DNA of 64,000 nucleotides from an uncultured Ignavibacteriales bacterium (GTDB lineage Bacteria; Zixibacteria; MSB-5A5; GN15; FEB-12): positions 1,790-65,789 of the forward strand of contig CAZJCK010000004.1 in NCBI GenBank assembly GCA_964544635.1. Reading direction: 5' to 3'. Below, in pieces: positions 1 to 9,040 of this stretch. The translations under genes were made by a program, and so were the position numbers. Position 1 is the first letter of the stretch. Every line of letters begins with the position of its first letter. The notes under the pieces are model-generated. The model was not told where the DNA came from and ran no database searches. It worked only from the letters and a program-made list of their open reading frames with translations.

Positions 1-1
1 C

Positions 2-493
2 GGCTACGATGATACCGCGGTCGCGAAGGCGCTGCAGCTTGCCGATGACCTGTTCGATGTTGCGGACAACAAGCAGTCGTTTGAATCTTACGAAGCGCTG
101 GCCCGACAGTACGATACCGCAGCGTGGTACCCAGACTACTTTGGCCCGTATGTGCATGCCGACTCGATTCTCGACTGGCGATCACAGAGATACGATCCTG
201 AGGATGACCTGCGCGCCATTGCCTATCCGACACTCGTTATCTACGGTCGCGACGATCTTTTCGTGCCGCCGGCCCACAACCGTGACCTCATGCAGCGTTA
301 CCTGAGTGCGGCACCGACAGCACGCTTCGACATCATGGTCATCGATGGCGTCGGGCACGACCTGATGACCGGCCATTCGCTCGTCGGCACGACCTGGGAC
401 TGGCCATCGCAGTTCTGGCGCTGGAACCGTCGACCGGTGCAGTTGTACGATGCCATCGTCGCTTTTCTTGCGCCATTCGCCAGTGGCGACTAA
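2..493 (+). CDS. alpha/beta-fold hydrolase, C-terminal portion (5' end outside window)
   Basis: Frame 2 is open from the window edge (GYDDTAVAKAL...) and runs into ORF-track entry 152..493. The tail shows the usual a/b-hydrolase pattern ...PTLVIYGRDDLFVP... and ...VIDGVGHDLM (triad His context). Confidence 0.7.
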   Translation, partial: GYDDTAVAKALQLADDLFDVADNKQSFESYEALARQYDTAAWYPDYFGPYVHADSILDWRSQRYDPEDDLRAIAYPTLVIYGRDDLFVPPAHNRDLMQRYLSAAPTARFDIMVIDGVGHDLMTGHSLVGTTWDWPSQFWRWNRRPVQLYDAIVAFLAPFASGD

Positions 494-909
494 AAGCTCA
501 GGCGCACGCCGAACTGGTTGATCGGTTCGTTTTCAAAACTCGAGATGATCCGTTGCACGTTCACGCTGAACACTGAGTAGACCGGTTTGACGAGCGACAG
601 TTCGATATAGTGGTCGTCGCGCAACCCGGGCGAAAAATCAAAATTGAAGTCGCCGGTGAACTCGAACGAGAAGTCGGTGAACAGGCGGAAGGCGTTGATC
701 GAAATGACCTGAACCGTCTCGCCGCGATCCTCACCGGCATCGTCGTAGTTCTTATAGTATGAGATTTCGTTTGAGATCGGGTAAAACCCGAGATTACCGG
801 ATGGTGATTCCCAGGATGGAATCACGTCCCCGGCGGACACAGTCGCACACGGGCACAGCAGCGTAGCTACCGCCCACAACGACGCCACAAACAGCATAAG
901 CTTGCGCAT
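490..909 (-). CDS. small secreted protein, probable outer-membrane beta-barrel
   Basis: Inside ORF 490..1011. I place the start at ATG 909 (MRKLMLFVASLWAVATLL...), with GGAGAG 5 nt upstream, which gives a signal peptide. The alternating hydrophobic pattern and terminal ...GVRLSF (C-terminal Phe) are OMP-like. No family recognised. Confidence 0.5.
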   Translation of the reverse strand: MRKLMLFVASLWAVATLLCPCATVSAGDVIPSWESPSGNLGFYPISNEISYYKNYDDAGEDRGETVQVISINAFRLFTDFSFEFTGDFNFDFSPGLRDDHYIELSLVKPVYSVFSVNVQRIISSFENEPINQFGVRLSF

Positions 910-970
910 CGGGACTCTCCTTGCAGGTGTGATTGATTGGATTGAGTTGCATATATGATTGCAGTCGACG

Positions 971-2065
971 CTACTTTGTCGACTCGGCGGCCTTCCGGTC
1001 GTTGCGGCCATTGGTCCCGTTGTGCGCCGTCGGCTTCAGCCAGGTACCGTAGAAGTGATTGCTCAACAGATCCGACAGCGTGGCGACCAGCGAACGATGC
1101 TGGTAACCCAGCTCCTCGCGCGCTTTTCGTGAGCTGTACACCCAGTCGTAGTCGAGCAGCTTCACCAGGTCGGGATAAAACGAAATCTTGCTCTTGCCGG
1201 TCAAGCGACACCAGACCACCGATAGTCGCGCGGCAATATTGAAGAGCCAGCGCGGCAGGCGGACCAGGTGCGGCGTCTTCCCCAGGAGGGCCGAGGCCGT
1301 CAGGGCCAGCTCGCGCCCGCTGATATCATCCCCGGCCAGGATGTACCGTTCACCGTGGCGCCCCAACTCGGCCGCCTTGATGACGGCTGGCGCGACATCC
1401 CGGATATCCACGAAGTTGATGCGATTAGCGAACTCCGGCACCACCGGGTAGGCAAAGCGCTTGATCGCTTTGGCGCGATCGTCACCGGAACGTGATGGCG
1501 CCATGATGATCGACGGATTAACCATGATCAGCTCGGTGTCGCCATTGTCCGCCTGCGCCCACAGTTCTTTTTCGGCGGCATGTTTGGTCATGATATAGGG
1601 AATGCGCAGATGATCGAGATTGAATTCGGCATCTTCGTCGACCAGTTCGTGCGGGTTGACCGGCTGACCGTTGGGCGTCAGTTTCCGGGCCCCGACGGCC
1701 GCCACGGTCGAAACATGCAGGAACCGTTTGACACCGGCGCGCTGGGCCGCTGCCAGCATCTGCACGGCGCCCATGGCGTTGATCCCGGTGAACTGGGTCA
1801 GGCGATCCTGGCGGAAGTTGGGCCAGCCGATGGTGTGGATAATGATATCGATCCCGGCCACGACAGCGTCGAGCTTCTCGGCCTGCCGAATATCGGCAAC
1901 CCTCTTTTCCAGGCCGAGCGAATCGATGAATCTGGTGTCGGAGGTTTCGCGCACATGGACAATCGGGCGGAATCCGGCACGGTCAAGCTCGAACACGATC
2001 TGACTGCCCAGCGTGCCGGTCGCCCCGGTCACGAGTATTTGCTGTCCATCAAAGTTGACGTTCAT
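971..2065 (-). CDS. NAD-dependent epimerase/dehydratase (extended SDR family)
   Basis: 364-aa ORF with an N-terminal Rossmann motif ILVTGATGTLGSQIV and the overall layout of the sugar epimerase/reductase SDR family. Confidence 0.85.
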   Translation of the reverse strand: MNVNFDGQQILVTGATGTLGSQIVFELDRAGFRPIVHVRETSDTRFIDSLGLEKRVADIRQAEKLDAVVAGIDIIIHTIGWPNFRQDRLTQFTGINAMGAVQMLAAAQRAGVKRFLHVSTVAAVGARKLTPNGQPVNPHELVDEDAEFNLDHLRIPYIMTKHAAEKELWAQADNGDTELIMVNPSIIMAPSRSGDDRAKAIKRFAYPVVPEFANRINFVDIRDVAPAVIKAAELGRHGERYILAGDDISGRELALTASALLGKTPHLVRLPRWLFNIAARLSVVWCRLTGKSKISFYPDLVKLLDYDWVYSSRKAREELGYQHRSLVATLSDLLSNHFYGTWLKPTAHNGTNGRNDRKAAESTK

Positions 2066-2141
2066 CGGTGACGAAAGATACGGCCTTTTACCGTCGTTGA
2101 AAAGCTACTCCTTTGCCAATAATCAGCACGAACGTACCCTC

Positions 2142-3311
2142 TCAACCGTTCTTTCTACGAAAAGTTTCGAGCACGTCGACCAGGCGGTCGATATCCGATT
2201 CATCGTTGAACAGGTGTACCGACACCCGGATCGAGCCCTCGCGCCGGACCAGGACAATGTTGTTGTTCAGAATTTCACGGTGCAGCGCCATCGTGTCGGG
2301 GCAAGTGAAGGTGAAAATCGACGACCGGTGCTCCGGCTCCATCGAGCTGGTAACCTGGTAGTAATCGCTCTTGTCCACATAGTCGGCCAGACGGTCAATC
2401 AAGGAGTGATTGTGCTCGCTGATCCGGGCAATGCCCAGATCGGTAAACAGCCGACTGGCCGCCTTCATGCCGAGCAGATTGAGCACCACGTAGTAGCCCA
2501 TTTCGAAGCGGACCGCTGAGTCCTCCCAGTCGAGGTCGTACTTGAACAGGTCCGTAAAGTCCATGCCCCAGTCGACACCGAGCCAGCTTGCCGATGTCAG
2601 CTTGAGTCGGTCGCGGATATGATCTGCCAGGTAAAAGAAGCCGCACCCCTGCGGCGCCAGCATCCATTTCTGGCAGCCGCTGGTGAAGATATCGATACCG
2701 AGCTTCTTGACATCGATCGGCTCCACCCCCATCCCCTGGATGCCGTCAACGACAAACCAGATATCGTTCTTCCGGCACAGTTCGCCGATAACCGCCAGGT
2801 CGTTCTTGTAGCCGTTGAAGAACTGTACCCACGAAAGCGCGACAATTCGTGTTCGATCGGTGATGGTCGACTCAAGCGCGTCGATGTCGAACATGCGGTC
2901 GCGCGACGGTACGAACGTCAGGTTCAGCTTGCGGGCTTTGGCGGCGCCCCGAAAGGTGTAGGCGACGGCCGGGAACTCGACGTCGGATACCAGGATCTCG
3001 TCGCCTTCGTCCAGCGGCAAGCCGTAGGCGGCGATGTTCAACCCGAAACTGGTGTTCAGGCCGATGCCGACTTCACGTTCTTCGGCGCCAATGAGCGATG
3101 CATAGATGCGTCTCAGTTCGGCGCGCGTCGCAAAGCCGTCGTGGCTGTCATCCTTGTCGGCCGACAGCCGCAGGTCGACATTCCCTTTGATGGCGTCGGC
3201 GACCGGCGTTGAAAACGGACCGTATGATGCCGAGTTGAAATAGACGACATCGCCGGCGTGAGGAAAGAGCGCCCGGGCCTGCTCGAACGTGGTTATTTTC
3301 TGGTCAGACAT
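2142..3311 (-). CDS. class-V aminotransferase-fold PLP-dependent enzyme
   Basis: 389-aa ORF with ...DIFTSGCQKWMLAPQGCGFFY... (PLP-lysine context) and a C-terminal ...IRVSVHLFNDESDIDRL... typical of the class-V fold. Confidence 0.8.
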   Translation of the reverse strand: MSDQKITTFEQARALFPHAGDVVYFNSASYGPFSTPVADAIKGNVDLRLSADKDDSHDGFATRAELRRIYASLIGAEEREVGIGLNTSFGLNIAAYGLPLDEGDEILVSDVEFPAVAYTFRGAAKARKLNLTFVPSRDRMFDIDALESTITDRTRIVALSWVQFFNGYKNDLAVIGELCRKNDIWFVVDGIQGMGVEPIDVKKLGIDIFTSGCQKWMLAPQGCGFFYLADHIRDRLKLTSASWLGVDWGMDFTDLFKYDLDWEDSAVRFEMGYYVVLNLLGMKAASRLFTDLGIARISEHNHSLIDRLADYVDKSDYYQVTSSMEPEHRSSIFTFTCPDTMALHREILNNNIVLVRREGSIRVSVHLFNDESDIDRLVDVLETFRRKNG

Positions 3312-3321
3312 AGCATCAATC

Positions 3322-3750
3322 CTATAGCGAATACAAGTAACCGATCAGGGCGAGGGCCCCGCCAAGCTTGATTAAATGATTGAGCAGTTGGAACATAAGA
3401 AACGGCATGGGCAGGCGGATGCGCACCGATATCGACATGGCGATCGGCAGCGCCCCCAAAGTGAAGGCGAACAGCGCCGCCGCCATGCCCGAGCGCACCC
3501 CCGACAACGGCATGATGACATACGCAAAACTGTAGGCCAGCGTGGGAATGGCCACGAAAAACAGCGCCTCCATGAGGAAGTTGACGACATACCAGCCGAG
3601 GTTGGTCTGTTCGACCAGTTCCGACGGCAGCCGCTTGTTCACCTTGAGCAGCTTGCCTACAGATTCAAGGATGATCGTCGACGCCAGTAAATAGATGCTG
3701 CCGATGACGAGACAGTAAAGGAGCAGTTCGCCGGAGATCAACGCAGCCAT
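3322..3750 (-). CDS. small integral membrane protein (about four TM helices), unknown function
   Basis: Inside ORF 3322..3993. The start is placed at ATG 3750 (MAALISGELLLYCLVIGSIYLL...), which overlaps the stop of the upstream SDR gene by 13 nt. The product is hydrophobic throughout. The longer N-terminal extension is Arg/Gly-rich and lies antisense-out-of-frame within the SDR gene. Confidence 0.55.
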   Translation of the reverse strand: MAALISGELLLYCLVIGSIYLLASTIILESVGKLLKVNKRLPSELVEQTNLGWYVVNFLMEALFFVAIPTLAYSFAYVIMPLSGVRSGMAAALFAFTLGALPIAMSISVRIRLPMPFLMFQLLNHLIKLGGALALIGYLYSL

Positions 3751-4733
3751 CCTTTCCCGATATACCAGTCGTAGGTTTGCTTCGCGCCGACCGGAAAACT
3801 GATTTGCGCCTGAAAGCCCATCTCTTCCAGGGCGCGATCGGTTGATACCTCCCACGATGCCAGCAGTTCGTCGGCTTTTTCCGAGGTCAGCATCGGTGTC
3901 ATACCCAGCAGCTTGCTTACACCGCCGGAAATCGCCGCCACCGTCTTGAACAGCGGTGACGGTATCACCAGTGGCACGCCCCTGCGGTTGCATGCCTGCT
4001 GCAAGTGCCCGATCAGTTCATCCATGCTGTAGGCGCGGGGTTCAGCCACGAAGCAGACAAGGCCGGAGCGGTCGGCACGGGTGAGGGCGGCGTGGACGGC
4101 GCGGCAGAGATCGTCGACATGAACAAGCTGCAGCTTGCGACTGGTATCGCCGATCATCGGTTTGGTACGGTTGTGCACCGCCTTGAAGAACGAGAATATC
4201 TCTTTGTCGCCCGGACCGTACACCCCCGCCGCCCGCAATGCTGCGACCGGAAAACGATCGGCATACGAGAGCGCGTACTCCTCACCCTTGAGCTTGGACC
4301 GCCCGTAGGCCGTGACCGGCGCCGGGCGATCATCCTCGGTGCGCGGGCGGTCGCCATAAGTCGGACCGGCCGCCGCCTGCGACGAAATGTATGCAAAGCG
4401 CTTCAGCTCGGGGTTGTACCGCGCCGCTGCTTCGCACATGGCCCGGGTGCCTTCGGCATTGACTTTGAAAAACTGCTCAGGTGTTCGCGCTTTCACGATA
4501 CCGGCGTTGTGCACGATGTAGTCTACATCGCGCACCATCTCGGCCAAAGCGTCGGGATTCGTCACGTCGCCGCAGCGATACGTAACATCGCAGCCTTCCA
4601 GCAGTGTCAGGTCGGCGCCGTCGCGGACGCCCGCAAACACCTGCATCCCCTCGGTGTGCAGGTGGGCGCAGAGGCGCGAACCGACGAAGCCGTTGGCGCC
4701 GGTCACCAGGACTGTTTTAGCAGGTTCAGACAT
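3738..4733 (-). CDS. NAD-dependent epimerase/dehydratase (extended SDR family)
   Basis: 331-aa ORF with VLVTGANGFVGSRL Rossmann motif and a YGRSK (YxxxK) active-site motif. Confidence 0.85.
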   Translation of the reverse strand: MSEPAKTVLVTGANGFVGSRLCAHLHTEGMQVFAGVRDGADLTLLEGCDVTYRCGDVTNPDALAEMVRDVDYIVHNAGIVKARTPEQFFKVNAEGTRAMCEAAARYNPELKRFAYISSQAAAGPTYGDRPRTEDDRPAPVTAYGRSKLKGEEYALSYADRFPVAALRAAGVYGPGDKEIFSFFKAVHNRTKPMIGDTSRKLQLVHVDDLCRAVHAALTRADRSGLVCFVAEPRAYSMDELIGHLQQACNRRGVPLVIPSPLFKTVAAISGGVSKLLGMTPMLTSEKADELLASWEVSTDRALEEMGFQAQISFPVGAKQTYDWYIGKGWLR

Positions 4734-4786
4734 GGCGACAAGCTACGGCAGAATTGATCAGTCGACAAGTTTCCAATCGAAACCGA

Positions 4787-6232
4787 TCAGAAGATCTCGG
4801 CTGAGAACTTATACACCTCGGCGGCGGGATCCTTATAACTGTTGCGCGGCAGGCCGGCTTTCAGGCAGGTCTGTTCGAGGAACTGGCTGACCTCCCATTT
4901 GTGGTCGGCGGCAACCTGTGGCAACAAAAGACCGGAGTTCATGTCCAGCTTGATCATCAGGCCGTCGCGACCGATCTGGATCTTCTTGAAATCATGTACC
5001 CGTTCCAGCCGGGACAATACCGAGATTTCATAGTCGATCGTCTCGGCCTCCGCCGGCGTGAGTGGATCAAAGCGGGGATCGTCGAATGCCGCCGCCACCG
5101 CCATTTCGGCGACCGCTTCGTAGAGCGGACGGCGCGCCCGGATCTGGCCGATACAACCGCGCAGCGCCCCGGCCATGGTCAGGGTGACAAACACGCCACG
5201 GCGGACATCGAGCGATTCACGGTACGGCGGCTCATACTTGTTGTTTTCGATATGGGCCATGACCGCATCGCGAGCCACCTGCTTGATGTATTCGCGATCT
5301 TCGTCAGTCAGTATGAGTTCGTCGCCACGCGCCGGGCGGGCGCCGATATCGGCCTTCGATACTTTCGAAATCTTGCTCTTTTCACCCTCGGTTACCACCG
5401 CCGACAGGTAACCGACAACTTCCTCGAAGTCACCGGTTGTCTCGGCCGACGTCGTATACTCAAGCACTTCAGCCGCGCCGCCGCCAAGACGTCGCGCCGC
5501 CGCCATCACCGCCGCCATCGGGCCGGCGCCGCAGGCTTCGCCCTTGCCGCTGTCGACGATGTCCATCAGCGCCGTCGGATCGAACTGCGAGATCGCTTCG
5601 CGGATGTTTGAGTCGAGCCGCTCCGCCTGCTTCTGCCTGTGGAAATGCGACAGATCACTCGAGGCCACCAGCAGCGTGTTGGTGCCGCCCAGGGCACTGG
5701 CCAGCACCTCGCCCAGGGCACTGACGGAATCCGATTCCTGGTCCCCCATCACGATCGCCACCAGCTTGAAGTTCCCAAGTACCGTCTGTAAAAAGGGAAG
5801 CTGCACCTCGAGGGCGTGCTCGCCACGGGTACCGCCGGTAGCGTGCCCCATCTTCGAGGTATAGACAAGGGGATGGATGTTGGCGATTTTGTCCGACAGT
5901 TCGCGATCGATCTCGACCACACCAATCGGTGTCTGGTAACCGTGCCCGGAAAAGACTGACGATCCCTGGAAGAAGACGGTGTGCGACGGCGACACGACAA
6001 CGACCGTGTCATATTGTTCTCCCTGCAGCAGCTTGAATGCCTTGGCAGCGGTCTTGCCGGAATACGCATAGCCGGCGTGGGGGGCAATCAGCGCCATCGG
6101 ACGGCCACCGATCGGCTTTATGCTCACCTCCGAAAACAGCCCGGCCACCTGCTTGATCAGGTCGACCTGTCCGGCCAGGTAAAATGATCCCGCTACGGCG
6201 GGTTTGCGAATCTCGAGTGTATCGTCAGACAT
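4787..6232 (-). CDS. fusion of Memo-family (AmmeMemoRadiSam protein B-like) and AMMECR1-family (protein A-like) domains
   Basis: 481-aa ORF. The N-terminal half has ...LIAPHAGYAYSGKTAA... and ...SSDLSHFH... (Memo-type). The C-terminal half has ...RGVFVTLTMAGALRGCIGQI... (AMMECR1-type). Confidence 0.85.
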   Translation of the reverse strand: MSDDTLEIRKPAVAGSFYLAGQVDLIKQVAGLFSEVSIKPIGGRPMALIAPHAGYAYSGKTAAKAFKLLQGEQYDTVVVVSPSHTVFFQGSSVFSGHGYQTPIGVVEIDRELSDKIANIHPLVYTSKMGHATGGTRGEHALEVQLPFLQTVLGNFKLVAIVMGDQESDSVSALGEVLASALGGTNTLLVASSDLSHFHRQKQAERLDSNIREAISQFDPTALMDIVDSGKGEACGAGPMAAVMAAARRLGGGAAEVLEYTTSAETTGDFEEVVGYLSAVVTEGEKSKISKVSKADIGARPARGDELILTDEDREYIKQVARDAVMAHIENNKYEPPYRESLDVRRGVFVTLTMAGALRGCIGQIRARRPLYEAVAEMAVAAAFDDPRFDPLTPAEAETIDYEISVLSRLERVHDFKKIQIGRDGLMIKLDMNSGLLLPQVAADHKWEVSQFLEQTCLKAGLPRNSYKDPAAEVYKFSAEIF

Positions 6233-6338
6233 CTGTGTTTTCCCTTCAGAGTTGTACTATAGGCAACATACTTCGCGGCCCCGCACACTTCAACAACTGA
6301 TCTTCCCACGAGTTTTCAGAATATCGGTCGTAAATGAA

Positions 6339-6366
6339 GAAAGGCGACCCGGCTGGGCCGCCTTTC
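6339..6366 (-). terminator. putative rho-independent terminator after the lipoprotein gene
   Basis: GAAAGGCGACCC-ggct-GGGCCGCCTTTC hairpin (one mismatch), 40 nt downstream of the stop at 6405. On the minus strand it is followed by an interrupted T-run (TTCTTCATTT). Confidence 0.4.
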
Positions 6367-6404
6367 GCTGCAACGAGGAGACGCGGAGGTGTGAAACCGA
6401 CAGG

Positions 6405-7481
6405 TTATTCGTCCGTCTGGGAGAGCAGATCGACGACGAAGACATCCTTCGGTTCGATCAGCCGCTTGATCCCCGCACCCGACTTCTGCAACACATAGCC
6501 ATCTGCCGTCCCCACCACCAGATCAGCGCCATACCGTCGAGCCACCGTCACGGTGTAGTCCTCGAATTTCTTCTGCGGCAAAAAGTCGCCATTGAAGTAG
6601 CCCACAAAGCCGCCGTCGGTGACGAGATAGACCACCCAGGAGGCGGCGTCGATCTTCCGCACCTGGTCGCCCGGCAGACCGTCGGCCGAGGTCAACTGCG
6701 TCCACGAGCCACCGTCGAAGATGAACAGCCCCTGGTCGGTACCGAGGTAGAGGTGGGCATGACGGAAGTAAAGGGCGTTGACATAGTCAAACAGCGCCGC
6801 ATCCCGTTCCAGCCAGCGCTTGTCGACGGTGCGGCCGTCCCAGCGGTACAGCCCCTGGCCGTCGGTGCCAATCCAGACACCATCGAGATCGGGCGCCAGC
6901 GCCGACACCACGACATCTTCAAGCAGCGTTTCGTTGCCGAAAGTGGAGTGGGTGAAGACACCTTCGTCGGTACCGATGATGAGGCGGTAGTTGAGGCTGG
7001 CCAGCGCCGTAACATTGCCGAGGTACTCGCCCGGAATCGGCTCGAGGATACCGTCAACAACCTTGTAGAGCTGGTCGAAGCCGACAAAAATCTCGCCGTG
7101 ATGTTCGACGATGGCGGCCGGACGGTCGGTGGTCGGGATATCGGTCCGTTCACCCGAATGCAGGTTGTAGACGACGATTCCATCATCGTAGAGTGAGTAC
7201 ACCACCGAGTCGGCGATGATCAGTTCGGCGACACCGCCTTCAGTGGTGACCGGAGTTTCTGTAGCCGAGGCATGGACCGCATTCGGCTGCTCGACTACAC
7301 TGTCGGTTGCCCGGTCAAGCCGTGCCCTGGTCAGGCTTTCGGCAAACCCGTCCGCCACCGTATCGACCATGCGATTGACCATCCCCTTCGTTTTCGGCTT
7401 TTCTTCGGAGCCGCAGCCGATCGCCATCAGGGCGCTCATCAGCCCTATAGCGAGGATCAGGATCAGTTGATTGCGTTTCAT
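6405..7481 (-). CDS. lipoprotein with beta-propeller repeats (two-component-regulator-propeller-like)
   Basis: Inside ORF 6405..7577. The start is placed at ATG 7481 (MKRNQLILILAIGLMSALMAIGCGSE, lipobox-like AIGC) with AGGAG upstream. Contains repeated ...GVWIGTDGQGLYRWDG..., ...LYLGTDQGLFIFDGGSW..., ...VYLVTDGGFVGYFNG... motifs. Confidence 0.7.
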   Translation of the reverse strand: MKRNQLILILAIGLMSALMAIGCGSEEKPKTKGMVNRMVDTVADGFAESLTRARLDRATDSVVEQPNAVHASATETPVTTEGGVAELIIADSVVYSLYDDGIVVYNLHSGERTDIPTTDRPAAIVEHHGEIFVGFDQLYKVVDGILEPIPGEYLGNVTALASLNYRLIIGTDEGVFTHSTFGNETLLEDVVVSALAPDLDGVWIGTDGQGLYRWDGRTVDKRWLERDAALFDYVNALYFRHAHLYLGTDQGLFIFDGGSWTQLTSADGLPGDQVRKIDAASWVVYLVTDGGFVGYFNGDFLPQKKFEDYTVTVARRYGADLVVGTADGYVLQKSGAGIKRLIEPKDVFVVDLLSQTDE

Positions 7482-7526
7482 CGTATTTCTCCTTTCGAGT
7501 GTGTTGTTCTGTCTGGTGGGGTATAT

Positions 7527-7542
7527 TTCAAACCCGGTGCCA
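7527..7542 (-). promoter_or_regulatory. candidate sigma-54 (-24/-12) promoter for the lipoprotein gene
   Basis: The minus strand 7542->7527 reads TGGCAC-CGGGT-TTGAA against the consensus TGGCAC-N5-TTGCW; only the -12 C is off. The predicted start is about 35 nt upstream of ATG 7481. Confidence 0.45.
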
Positions 7543-7600
7543 ACGGATAAAGCCGTTGAAATACAATAACTTAACATAAACAGGGAGGGTGCAGTCAGGG

Positions 7601-7625
7601 CTAAACCGTGTCACCGCTGACACAG
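7601..7625. promoter_or_regulatory. palindromic site 1 (CTAAACC-GTGTCA-ccgc-TGACAC-AG), candidate activator binding site
   Basis: Perfect 6-N4-6 inverted repeat GTGTCA/TGACAC at 7608-7623. Nearly the same 24-mer recurs 63 bp away. Confidence 0.5.
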
Positions 7626-7664
7626 TCTTGCAGCCGATCGGCTAACTGTTTGCAAGACATCGAA

Positions 7665-7688
7665 CTAACCGTGTCAGAACTGACACAG
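7665..7688. promoter_or_regulatory. palindromic site 2 (CTAACC-GTGTCA-gaac-TGACAC-AG), candidate activator binding site
   Basis: Perfect 6-N4-6 inverted repeat at 7671-7686 with the same flanks as site 1. Centre-to-centre spacing is 63 bp (six helical turns). Confidence 0.5.
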
Positions 7689-7771
7689 GAGATTGCCACA
7701 GGTGTGTAAAATGCTTGTTTTGCTTCAGGTTACAGCGATTGATTGTATAAGCCACACAGGAGGTGCTGACA

Positions 7772-9040
7772 GTGATCGCCCGGATAATCGTCATCATCGC
7801 AGCCATATGCACGCTCGCAGCCGCTTCGCAGGCAGAAGCGCGGTCGACCGAGGTCGACATCCTCAAGCTGCACCATGGCCGGGTCTATTTCGACGCCGGC
7901 ACAGAGCGCTATATCTTCACCGATCATTCATGGCTGATCACCTGTGGCAACGATACCATTGCCGGCGGGCGGATAGAGCGATCGTTCGACGGTTTGTCGT
8001 ATGGGCGCATCGATCCGGGTACTCAGATAGTCAGCAGTGACTCCTGCCGGGCGCAGATTGCGGTCGCCCGAATTGACACAACCTCGACGATCAGTGTCGG
8101 CCTGGTTGAATCGGCGCCGCTGACCGACTGGCTGGTGCTGTCGTGCGACCGTTCGGATACGACGGGCTCGCTCTCGATGGCATTGGATACCGCTCGTTCG
8201 GTGGCGGTGCGCAGTTTTGCCTCGCAGCTTTCGATGGTACTGGCGTTTGAGCGGGGTGAAATCGACGGAATGATCTCAAGCGAACAGCCGGCCGACCTGG
8301 CAGTGCCGTTCAATCAGCGCACAGCCGCGGCCCCCTACTACTTCGCGCTCATACCCAATCCGGCCAGCCGGGCGACGACCGACGGTTTGTTGTCAACATC
8401 GCTGTACTATCGTTTTGACGATCGACGGTTGCACGACTTGTACGACGGTTCGGCGCCGTCGCTCTACACCGGCCTGTACTGGTCACAGCGCGCTGCGATG
8501 CGGCCGTATGAATACAGCCCGTCCACCGGTCGCCATCTGCTGGCGCGAATGACATCGCCGGTGCGCCGCGTCGGACTGGCGTACGAATACGACCTGTTGC
8601 GCCCGCTGGCTGAGTATTTCGGCGACCTGTTGTCGCGCGACCGCATACGGGTCGCCCTTGACAGAGAACTGCCCGAGCCGGATCTGCGTTTTGCCGCCAT
8701 ACCACTGTACAGCGAACGACCATGGCAGAGTATGGAGGTGATCAGCCACATACTGGCACAGGATACGTCGGCCTTCTCGCGGGAAGCGGAACTGGTTCGG
8801 CAGACCTTTGAGCGGCTTGCGCTGGTGGCACGATTCTACGATCAACCGCAGGGACGAACATACCTGGCACGGGCCGAACAGGGTTTGATTGACGATCTCG
8901 GCGTGTTTCCATTGTTCCGCCCCACCCTTTTTGTGATCACGTCACCGAATATTGTGGGCGTCGTTGTTACGCCGGAGGGTCGGGTCGACCTCTGCAATGC
9001 CAACAAGCTCATAGCGCCCCAGACGGAGGCCAGGCCGTGA
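7772..9040 (+). CDS. secreted solute-binding-protein-like protein (degenerate family-5 SBP-like), probable co-sensor
   Basis: ORF 7763..9040. I prefer GTG 7772 because AGGAGG at 7758-7763 lies 8 nt upstream. It has a signal peptide (IARIIVIIAAICTLAAASQAEA). The C-terminal ...LRFAAIPLYSERPWQ... and ...GVFPLFRPTLFVITSPNIVGVVVTPEGRVDL resemble SBP family 5 by eye. The stop overlaps the kinase start. Confidence 0.6.
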   Translation: MIARIIVIIAAICTLAAASQAEARSTEVDILKLHHGRVYFDAGTERYIFTDHSWLITCGNDTIAGGRIERSFDGLSYGRIDPGTQIVSSDSCRAQIAVARIDTTSTISVGLVESAPLTDWLVLSCDRSDTTGSLSMALDTARSVAVRSFASQLSMVLAFERGEIDGMISSEQPADLAVPFNQRTAAAPYYFALIPNPASRATTDGLLSTSLYYRFDDRRLHDLYDGSAPSLYTGLYWSQRAAMRPYEYSPSTGRHLLARMTSPVRRVGLAYEYDLLRPLAEYFGDLLSRDRIRVALDRELPEPDLRFAAIPLYSERPWQSMEVISHILAQDTSAFSREAELVRQTFERLALVARFYDQPQGRTYLARAEQGLIDDLGVFPLFRPTLFVITSPNIVGVVVTPEGRVDLCNANKLIAPQTEARP

